64,000 bases of DNA from the NCBI GenBank assembly GCA_012295275.1, contig CM022665.1, positions 13,950,001 to 14,014,000 on the forward strand, read 5' to 3'. The position numbers were made by a program, and so were the translations under genes. The notes beneath the pieces are model-generated. The model searched no databases. It saw only the letters and a list, made by a program, of their open reading frames with translations, and was not told the origin of the DNA. Below are positions 28,601-39,100 of the stretch, piece after piece; positions within the stretch are counted from its first letter, which is position 1, and every line of letters begins with the position of its first letter. The DNA comes from Chrysomallon squamiferum. Its lineage: Eukaryota; Animalia; Mollusca.

Positions 28601-29615
28601 GTTTGTACTGCCTTAAAGTGAGAGATATGCTCATGTTCCTTAATGACAATTAACATAAAAGTGTTATGTTACTGCAGTGGATTATCTTACAATGGCTCTC
28701 AACAGATCCACTGCTTCAAGAATTAATTCCTGCTGTCCAAGTTTTCTAATATTGAGTTTTTCCAGATCAGAATGTGTTAACATCAGAAGTCTTTTACCAT
28801 CAATTTCATGGTTGACAAAACTCTGAACATATGGCTGTACAGCCTCATCTAACCCTTAGAAAACAATAAATAAATAAATGTAATATAATGAGATGGATTA
28901 ATAATACTAATAACAATAATTTTAAACAATCAGAATAAGTAAGTTAGGTTCAGTATGTATGTTACATGACCAAAGCTAACTATCAATACTTTATTAACAT
29001 ATATATATATATTTTTTTTTTTTTCAACATCTTTTTATGAAACAAGGAGCTTAGTACATATATATATATAAAAAGATGTTGAAAAAAATATTATCGATTC
29101 AGGCCTATACTTTATTCATTTGAACAGGACATTAAAAAAGTTGGTAATGGATATAATTTTAAAAATAAAATTTAATAATAATAATAATAGCTTTTATTAA
29201 TTATTATATGATTTTTATATCAGAACTAGTTGCAAAGTAATAAATTGTAGCAAAATATTCAGTAGCATTTCAGCTGACAATACGCAAACTAAACTGACAC
29301 AATGCCAGACACTTGAACTGAATTTTCCACAGCGACTAACTGAATAGTAATTCTTTTTTTCTTCTTCTACTCTCAGACTAACTCCCTTACTAGTGACAGC
29401 GATCATGAGTCTGATAGTGATACAATAATATCATACAATGATAACAATAATTATTACACGACCACAATTTTCTGAAATGATTATCATTATCAATGATTAT
29501 GTTTGCAGTAAATCTTGTTTTTACCTTTAAGCCAATTTGCTACTTTTTCCGGGTTCCAGTTTTCAAAATGTATGTAATGACTGTTTGTGCTATCTCTTTT
29601 TTCAGCCATTTTCAT
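9124..29615 (-). CDS. CNKSR: Connector enhancer of KSR (CNK/CNKSR-family scaffold): SAM-CRIC-PDZ-PH plus IPCEF1-like C-terminus, 20 exons, ~1040 aa
   Basis: Exons on - strand: 29615(or ATG 29609)-29525, 28854-28691, 28272-28049, 27639-27513, 27308-27192, 26521-26462, 26242-26174, 25857-25586, 19366-18693, 18360-18161, 17897-17809, 17616-17550, 17252-17204, 16893-16739, 16356-16280, 13538-13470, 13065-12956 (or 12923), 12300-12082, 11383-11190, 9219-9124 (TAG). Summed length is a multiple of 3. SAM: WNPEKVANWLKGLDEAVQPY...IDGKRLL...KLGQQELILEAVDLL. CRIC: YGYETENLQHLA...LVSWLDKAPF. PDZ: GEELGLHI...[32 protein letters not shown]...LLLKKRP. PH: RRVSCKDLGRGDCEGWL...WCVLKNNNLFYF...KAEGVIHLP...FASERQEDMSKWMNKM. 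Confidence 0.95.
16655..16689. repeat. (TG)n microsatellite
   Basis: About 17 TG units, directly visible. Confidence 0.9.
18745..18969 (-). repeat. Coding degenerate tandem repeat, ~5 x 15 aa (45 nt), in the CNK linker exon
   Basis: TKESVLTNSEKPSPE / NKETSLTSSEKNEPE / NKETLLSNRVKTSPD / SKDISLINSGKASLE / FKETVVQNTEEKTLS. Confidence 0.75.
22875..22970. mobile_element. Possible decayed terminus of a hAT-like DNA transposon
   Basis: TAGGGTTTGCAAATTAC followed by repeated ACCGGTAAATTACC / TTTTCACCGG-type subterminal motifs. No matching opposite terminus found. Confidence 0.3.
23493..24284. mobile_element. Non-autonomous Tc1/mariner-superfamily (Tc2/pogo-like) MITE, ~790 bp, in CNK intron 8
   Basis: Left end TA|CCATATATACTTGTGTACAAGTCGA; right end reverse complement TA|CCGTATATACTTGTGTATAAGTCAA, i.e. 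an imperfect ~25 bp TIR flanked by TA. Subterminal copies of TATAAGTCGAC at ~23565 and ~24213. CCGTATAT termini resemble Tc2-type elements. Interior is richer in CpG than the flanks. Confidence 0.85.
29018..29088. repeat. Perfect 21-bp inverted repeat with 29-nt spacer in CNK intron 1
   Basis: TTTTTTTCAACATCTTTTTAT (29018-29038) and ATAAAAAGATGTTGAAAAAAA (29068-29088) are exact reverse complements. Confidence 0.85.
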
Positions 29616-29850
29616 ATCGCAAAATTCAGATGTGACAGATAAACCTAACAGGAAATAATATAGCCGTTATTGTTTTTATATGTTTGCACATGCGCCTATC
29701 GGCAATGAATATAATTATTTCCCCTTAAGGAAATCATTGTTGAAGGAAAAGAGAAAATACCATATCACATGATTTCTAAAGGGAAAACAAAGTTTATGTA
29801 GACGTCAGTACAATGTGATTGACAGGAAGTAAATAATAATTTAAACATAA
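29616..29850. promoter_or_regulatory. Putative bidirectional promoter shared by CNK (-) and HPS5 (+)
   Basis: Head-to-head geometry with start codons ~1 kb apart. Local CpG retention. NRF1-like TGCACATGCGCC 29685-29696, ETS-like CAGGAAAT 29649 and CAGGAAGT 29823, CRE-like GACGTCA 29801. A possible non-coding HPS5 exon donor (GTAAAT 29829) could join the acceptor at 30576. Confidence 0.6.
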
Positions 29851-30587
29851 ATAAAATGTAATTCGATATTTACTTAAATAAGATGGAATTTGAATATAAA
29901 ACATTATTCGAAATTAACATCCACGAAAATTGTTAAAATCGAATTATCAATTATTTATCTTTTATTTTTTTTGTGAATTTTATTTTTATTGATCACCAGG
30001 CTTATAAATCTTACATTGTTACAATTATAAATATATAATTTAGTCTGATATAGAAAGAATTTAATGATATTCCATACTTTAGTGTAATTTGTTTTTATCA
30101 ATAAAAGCATTATTACACTTTTACTTTTACAGCATCATATAATGGGTGAATATATATTTTTTGCAAACATCGAAATTAATGATTTAACTAAAGTTTTAAT
30201 ATGGAGTTTTGATACTCACACTACAGACACTTTTCTTTATGGTATTATGTTTTATCGTTTTAATTATTAATAAATTTAAAATTGTTGATTTGCTGTCCCA
30301 CTCTGCTTCTAAACAGATGTAGAACTTGGCCAATAATACTAAAAAAATAATAATAATACTTTTTGGTAACTTGTTCTTCTAATTAAACTATGAGGTTTTC
30401 TAACATAGAACATTATGAAATGAAATAGTATCTAGTAGTATTTATTATTAAATCAAGGAAATTATTATTTTTTTTAAATTTATTTAAATCAAAGGGTAAT
30501 AAAGTAATTGTCATGTAACAATGTATTGATGAAGTGATTGTATTTCGATTTTATTTTCATGTCTTATATTTGACAGTAAACATAAAT

Positions 30588-30611
30588 ATGGATGAGGTAT
30601 TGGATCCATAA
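30588..30611 (+). other. Upstream ORF (MDEVLDP*) in the HPS5 5' leader
   Basis: aaatATGg (A at -3, G at +4) lies 11 nt after the acceptor tgacag (30576). TAA ends 4 nt before the HPS5 ATG at 30616, in a different frame. Confidence 0.55.
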
Positions 30612-30615
30612 CAAC

Positions 30616-31875
30616 ATGACGACATCTTGTTCCTGGATGCATGTGCTGGCAGAGTTGGCTCCACTTGATGGTTTGAACAATCCACTAAGTCGGTCAGCCC
30701 GTCTGTCTGTTAGTTTTCACTATATTAATGAATTAACTATTTTATAAAGAAAGAACATACCCACCCATAAAACCCCAAATATGATGTTTATATATTGATA
30801 ACATTAATAAACAAAATAATAGACATATCTCTTTAGGTTTGACTAATTAATGGATGATATTTTTTTATATATCTCTTTTTGTTTTCCAGTATACATGTAT
30901 TTCAGTGTCTAAGAAGTACTTGGCTCTAGGCAGCAATACTGGTGGTATCTATATCTTCAGCCGTGATACTCTAAAACACCTTCAGGTTGTCTATGCAGAT
31001 GTGGTAAGGATGGAATAAATACTAGTATTTGCTTATCTCACTATATTTTAATGTTATAGTGTTGTTTTGGGAGGGTTTTTTTATAAATATTTTTATTGTT
31101 GTTTTGTGCTTTTTTTAAATTTATTTATTATTATTGTTGGGTTTTTTGATATAATGATATCAAACTTGGGAATCTGTGTTTACCATACATGGGTAACTCT
31201 AATCAGTTAACAACTAGAATCTTTTATAAGCACATCAGTAGCCTTTGAAAAAATAGTTATGATGAACTAGAACATGAGGGAAAGAAATAAAAAATGGTTC
31301 AACATTACTAAGTTTGGTTTTGTACAATCTGTATATATATATTTTTTATAAATCTTGGCAAATATGTGATGACAGATATATTGAAATATGTGATAACAGA
31401 TGTATTCAATTATTTTTATCACAAAAATTTTGTATTAATTTAAAATTTTTGTATTTGACAGGAAACCAACATGGTGACAGTGACTGCTTTAAGTCCCAAT
31501 AACTCTGCAGTAGCATTTTCTACAAGGTCTTTTTATTTATTATACCTCTAAACAAGCTCATCTTTTAATTTATCCTACCTCTCTTTCAAATTTTTGTTCA
31601 ATCTTTCACCCAATATACCAAGTCAGATTTTATTATTTCATCAACACACATACCAAAAAAGTAAACCAAAAAAGATACAAAAGTCTCATGCTGCACTGCA
31701 ACAGTGCTGTTTTCTGATGTGACAACTGACTGTTAAATATAATAGGCAGGACAAGCCTAAAATAAATTTGAATGATACAAATCAAAGATAAATGAAAGAA
31801 TAAAGATAAATGAAAGAATAAATATAAAAAGTATTATTATTTAATTCTTTTAAAGATCTAAACAGAAAGAAAGAA

Positions 31876-31918
<43 letters not shown>

Positions 31919-33104
31919 GACATTCAAACATAGAATTTAATTACCTGTAAATAGATCATTTAATCATTCACAGCTCTGGTCAGGTGATTATTATGGAGCT
32001 GAACATTGAACGCCGATGTAAACCTGAGAGACTTCATCTGAACACTGACCATGTTGGCTTCACAGTAACAGCACTGCACTGGGATCAGTCCAGTAGTAAA
32101 GTGTTTATAGGAGACAGCATTGGCAAAATCAGCGTGGCCTATGTTCCTACTTCAAAGGTTTTGAATACACCATTTTTAATTTTAATTGAAATATTTACAT
32201 AAAACACCATAAATATAAAGCTTGTATATATGTGTATATTTAATTGTATATATATATATATATGTATTGATGGATGTATATATATGTATAGGTCTGTATA
32301 TATGTATCTAAGTAAAGATGCGTCTATCTCTGTCTCTCTATATATAAAACATATATATTATCTACATGTACCTAAATGTAATTTTAATATGGTGATTTAC
32401 TTTTTGCTATTTTTTAAGGCAAAAACATTATTCACACAACCATCTGAGGTGATTGTCAGGCTTGATTCAGCTGTTGTTCAGTTGGACTGGTGGGACAAAA
32501 AGCTCTTGGTTTCTACACTGAAAGGCAGCTACCTGCTTAACACTAATAGGTGAAAATATATATTTTTGTGGAAAATTAACCAATTATTGAAGGTGTTATA
32601 TATGTCTAAATTAAAATACAGATACTGATAATTCTGTATTTTCTAAGTTTAAAAATGTTTCATTTTTTTTATTTCATAAGTAAATGTAATAAGGAAAATG
32701 TATGTTCATAGTTATATTTCTCTAATAAAATTATATTTTGTACTAGATCAACTTGGAATTTGACTCTGCCCATCCAGTATTTGCATATCTAATATAAGAC
32801 AAAAGTCTGGATTTATCTCTCTGTGTTAGTCATACAATGCTATTGTTATGTCATGAATAAAGTACATAAAAGAAGAAACAGAAACTAACTATAATAACCA
32901 TTATTGGAATCTTTCTAATACGGTTTGTTTCTTTTTGTTTTTTTGTTTTTATAGACATCAGTATTCTCAAATTGGAAAAAAGCCAAGGTATGTCTCATAA
33001 ATTAACTGTTATTGAAATACTCTTATTATTTATTATCATCATCATTATCATTATTATTATTATTACTACTATTATTATTATTGTTATTATTATTTATTAT
33101 TATT

Positions 33105-33136
<32 letters not shown>

Positions 33137-36100
33137 CTGTTACTGATCTTCAGTGATTTTAATTATGTTGTTTTAATTTGTTTTCAGAGATGGAGAGTTT
33201 GGAAGCTGTTTTTATGTGGAACCAAGTTCTCAGTATCCTGTTGTATATTGTGCTAGACCAGGGTCCAGAATATGGGAGGTGGGAAAGATTTTGTATAAAT
33301 TAAGAAAAAAGCAATATGACTTTTATTTCCTTTTTTCTTTTTTTGTCATAAATGTAAAGAAAACATTTTTCTTTTTTAAAATTGTATGCTAATTTATCCA
33401 TGTGGACAAAAGTTTTAAATCTTTGTTTTGTAATAAAATGTTTCTAATTATGTATAAATTAAGCCATTTTTATTCTTTTATTATTTAGACAGTAGATGTT
33501 GATAAAAATAAAGGAATTATTAAATCATAAATGACTCCTTTTTTATTATTATTATTATTATCTTGTTTAGTTTACTCCTTGTATTTGTCTTAAGAAATAT
33601 ATGGCACATTTTAATTTAATTTAATTTTTAAAATGTTTTTTATATTCAGGTTGATTTTGAAGGAAATGTTTTGAATACTCACTTATGTAAAAAGTTGCTG
33701 GCTATCCCTTCACTGCCAGTTATTAAATTTAGGTTAGTTGTGCTATAATATTGTCAGTGGTGTGCCACTCTAACACACACACACACACACACACACACAT
33801 AAACAGACACACAAAGAGAGAAAGAGCTGAGAACCAGAGTTTGGAACATCATTAAATTGTTAGATGTTGCTAAGATTCATTAGTGCCAAAATTGTTTAAC
33901 ACCAGTCAGTAACATTTACCTGTACATATGAACAACTTTATTTTCTTTCTTATTTTAAATTTTATTTTAAATTTTATTATTATTAGTATTATTATTATTT
34001 TGTTTTTATTATTTATTAATTCACATTACCTTTCTTATTATATATATTTCTTGTTATATTTGTTAGTTCTTCATAAAAGACTAATTTTCCATTGACAATA
34101 TTCTTACAGAAGAGAATAATCCATTTTATAACATCTTTATTATTACAGATCAGAAAGTGCACCACATTTTGATGTACCATGTGTAGTTGCACCTCAGTCT
34201 GTTGTCTTCAATAAAATGTTTGTTATTGGGTGAGTTCTTCATCTACTATATCAAGGCTATAAGTTAGTGTTGTAGGTTTACATATATGCATGCATTTCTG
34301 TTATAGTAAGTAATGTATTTGAAATTTTTTTTTTTTAATGTACAGTGCTTTTTAAAATATATTCAATACTGCAGTTGAAATTTTCTGAATCTGAATGAAA
34401 TTTCTATTTTTCTTTTATAGTGCATTTTTGGTAACATGGAGTGAAAAGCGAATTTATGTCATTGACCCAGCAAGAGTGAAAATCATTTTGTGGACAGAAC
34501 AAGATACTGGTCAGTTTCAGGCTTAATTATATGTGTTTTATTATATTTAATAATGTAATGCTATGCTGTTGTAGCTATATACAGTATTTTATACATTATA
34601 TTAATTATACTAAATTACGTTATTTTATTTTCAGTAGTATTTTTTATATTTACTTTTTGTATTCTGATTGATCTGTTTAACATTATCATCCAAAGAAATT
34701 TAAAATATCTGTAAAATTTAATTTAATTTTACTTTTCTCCATTTTAAAGACAAATCAAAAACGTTTAACATTTTTTTTTTTTTTTTTTTTTTTTTCCAGT
34801 TATCAAAGACATAGTGATACAAGGAAATGAAATATACATTTACCATGTAAATAACACAGTGAATCGGTTTCATCTGCTACCACTGCAAAAATGTCTGCAT
34901 CTTTTATGTGCAAGACGAAAATGGTCAATTGCTGGAGAAGTAATTTGTTACTGTTGTAACTTAGTAAGTTGCTCAGTGATACAGCAACATGTTAAAACAG
35001 ACACTCTTCTGGAAATTATAGACAAATTGAAAAATGAAGATCATAAAACAACAGCTGAAAAACTGCAGATGATTTTAGATGAGTTTACTGTTAAAGATGA
35101 TATATCTGGTAATGAAAATGTCGCTGAGGATGTGGGAAATGAGAAAAGTTCTCAGATTGTTCGTTTATCATCTGGTATATTTGTTGTAAGTAATGGTGAG
35201 CAAGATGACCAGATGATGGCTGTGTGGAATGATGAATTAAGTAGTGGTGTGCAGGCTTCAAAGAGGAATGACCAGAGAAATAACAGTCTATCAAAATACC
35301 AAGAGAACAAAAATGAGGCAAATAGTTTTCTGTCCCAGAACAAATTGTTAACAATTACAAAAGAACAATCAGAAGCAGGTCTTTCAGAAAACCTGCAAGT
35401 AACAGAGAACAAAAACATGACAAATAATGATATGTCAGGGAACAAATTATTAACAGAGAAAAAAGTTCAGGCAGATAATGGTCTATCAGCAGAACATTTG
35501 GTTGCAATACATAAAAACATCTGTCTGTCAAAGAACAAGTGTTTGTCAGTGGAGAAAGACCAAACAGATAATGATGTCACAGTGATAAACGATCATGAGG
35601 GAAATAATGAAATTCCACATGTGCAGCTGCCAGCAGTAAACAAAAACAAGTGCAGTAAGAGTCATTCAGAAAACCAGTTGGTCACAGTGAACAATGATGT
35701 ATTTGTGATAGCTAAGAAAGACCAAACAGAAAATGGTCTACAAGTAGATCAGTTAACAGGATTAAGTAAAGACCAGAAAAGTGATGGTCTTGTTGCAGAC
35801 CAGTTGGTAGCCTTAGATGAGGACTGTGCAAGAAATGGTCTTAGTGAAGTGGAATTGGATCCAAATAGAGATAATCTAACACACAGTATTTATCAGAAAG
35901 AAGAATGTCACACTGAAAACAATTCAGCAATTGTAATGAAAGATCAACCAAGTATGGATCTGATGGAACACCAGCTTATGACAGCAGGGAAAAATTGGAC
36001 AAGCTCTGATGTTAAGTTAGTAAATGTAATTACAAAAAAAGGACATTTGGATAAATCATCAGTAATGACTGAAGAACTACAGCTAATAATAAGAGATAAC

Positions 36101-39100
36101 AATTCAGAAGATGACAAGATCAACTTTGATAAAAATTTGTCTCTGTCAAAAGAATCACAAATAATATCTACTGATGAGCATAAATTTAAGAATAATGTTG
36201 AAAATCAGTACTCTGACTTAAATACAGATGATGGTGAGATTCTAAACAAAGGAAGATCTTTTGTTAACAGACACAATATTGGTGTTACAACAACTAATAA
36301 TGCACTTACCTTGGTTGTAAATAGTTCTTTCAGTTTAACAGACCTGAAGTGTGATGTTCAAAATAATGTAAATATGCAAGAACAGATGCCTAATTTTGTG
36401 ACTGCAAATTTAGAATGTAAGACTTCTTTATTGCATGATATAGAAGAACACAAACTTATCAGAACATTGGCTACAGATGTCCAACAACCTGATTTAAATG
36501 TTGATTTGTTAAACAGTGAAAGAACAGACATATTGGTTAATTTAGCTGGAGATAAGTCAAATGATGCAGTGAACAATGCAGAGAGAAGTAATGCTGAGCA
36601 TGAAATTTTGACTGGAAGTGGTATTCCAGTACCAACAGAAGGTATCAGCACTGAGATGATATTGGGTTCAAAATATTAATAGTCTCAAAATTGCTAAATA
36701 TTCTAAGAATTATATATATTATATTTATATTTACAGAATTTATATTTACAGAATTTCTCTGTAGAGTTTATAAAAAAACTGACGTTAAATTATCGGTTGA
36801 AAAATGCAACAACAGTTTTATCATTTTTATCTAAATTCAGATAATGTCTAAAAAAAAAAAACACAAAAAAACTTAGTATATCAGTTTTTTATAGTTACTT
36901 TGTTACTATTATAAAAAATTATTAATGTTCATTTAAAGAAAATATAGAAATATAATTTGTATTTTATAATCTTTTACAGTATGCTGTGTTTGTTTAGATT
37001 TGTTCCTAAATTGAATTTTGCTTCAGATGTTGGAAGTTGCAGTACTATTATGTCTTTGGACAATGCCTTAAACTGTGCAGAAATTGAAACCTTGAAGAAA
37101 CTAGAGTTATCTGATACTTCATCATCTGACATTGTGTACAAAAGTCATGGTATTTTTTTAATAATGATTTATAAAATGTGACAAATGGATAATTATTTAA
37201 TTAATTTAAAAAAATAAATAAATAAATAAATAATAATAGTGACAAATTTAGATTTTTTTACATGTGGTATTTTTATATTTATTAATACAATAAAGCTTCA
37301 GAAAATATAATTTTAGATTGTTTCGTTTTTGTCAATACGGCAATTATTCTTTTGGAAAGGTTTATACACAAAATGTATAGATGACAGTATGTACAATTTA
37401 ATAATTATCCTGTTGACATAATTAAGAATAGAGTTAATTGATTTTTCTCCGATAATGTTCATTAAAACTGTAATTGTAATCTATGTTTAATCTGTAATTA
37501 TTCTTATTAGGTACTGAAAACTAGGTTATTATTTTTAAAAAACAAGATCTGTTTTATTTGATAATATTTTCAGGTTCTCGTAAAAGATCAACAAGTACTG
37601 GGTCTTTAAAGAAACTGAAGAAAAAAGGTTTGTATTAATTGACTGAATAATAACATACTATTGATTTCAGATATTTAATACATTTATACATTCAATTTGT
37701 TTCCATTGTCTATATATTTAACTATATAACTGCCATGTTATTGTCAGTGATTATTTTTACTGCAGCATGTAACAGTTAATATTGCTTTTCTGAAGATGAC
37801 ATAAACGTAAAAGGAATATTAAAACAATGTTAGTAGACATACGTGGTCACAGTGGAAGTGTGCATAATTCATTGAAATATTTTGTTATTTGGTATTCAAC
37901 AAATAAAAATATTCAACACCAAAAGAAAATGCATGAACATTAAAGAAGACCTATAACTGATAGTAAAGGTCTTAAAATTTTAACTGTTGGCAGATTAAAA
38001 GAAGAAGTTAAAGCAGTTGACATCATTCCCATATTTATACACTTCATTGAATAATTATTTTCTTTGTTGCCAAAATGTGTATTATTATTATTATTATTTT
38101 TTAAATAATTTACTTACTGTATGAAACCAGAGTTCTGAATGAATAATAATAAATACAACTGTTTATTACAGAAAAGAAAGTAATTCCTTCCATACATTTT
38201 GAAGAAGAAACCGATGTAAATTTGTACACCAAAATTGACCTTGAGCCTGACTCGATCTCCATTGACACACTAAGCAGCATAGAAGAAGGAGAAATAACTC
38301 CCGATACTGTATCACTTGCAGATTTCTCGTAAATATTTTTTTTATATAAATAAATATAAAACATTTATTAGAATTGAAAAAACAATCGTGTGTGTATGTA
38401 TGTACATTTTTTTTTTTCTACTACTTTTATTCTAAAATGAATTAAATAAAAATAAATAAAATAACAAGATTGTTTAAATTACATTTTAAAACTATATTAT
38501 TTTTAGTTTGCCCTACATATTTTCTTTTTATTTTCAAACACTTTATTTCTGTTTATTTTCTTTTAAAATTTTTCAGATCCAGAACAAAAAATGAAACAGA
38601 TCAACAAATTATTCCATCTTTGATTCAGCGATTGTCAGCTGGTGGAGTGACACCAGATGAGTTCAGTAGTAGGGAATCTTCCCCTTCACATTCTCAAGGT
38701 AGTCCAACCAGTTCTTCCCCCCGGGCAGCTCTTATGCATGTTAAAGAAAGGTACACATCTAAAATTATCTTGTCTTTTGTGTCTTTGGCTTAAAATGAAT
38801 TTTACTTGTTCAAATGTTTCTTATTTTCATTCCCATTTGATGTCATGGGTTTGTCACTAGAAAGATAAACCTTTCATAACAATAAAGTAGCCTTAGAAAG
38901 TAATATAACAGGCCCATTAAAATGTACACAGTCTGCTACTTCCCCTCCTTGGTGTAAAGAGAACCTGAAATAATTAATAAAGCATTTTTGCCCAAACATT
39001 TACTCACAGTTGTTAATCACTGACATTTCAGATATATATTATAAGAAAATTAAGTTAATTTCTGGTTAAATAATTTTATTAGTGTTAATATTTTAAATTT

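Noticed and set aside
32972-33256. ORF with poly-Ile/Tyr/Cys resembling a membrane peptide
   Set aside because: Translation of an intronic trinucleotide microsatellite.
36957-37026. Upstream acceptors (36979, 36997) for HPS5 exon 12, and 42201/42209 for exon 20
   Set aside because: Phase-incompatible with the best donors; acceptors at 37026 and 42253 keep the frame.
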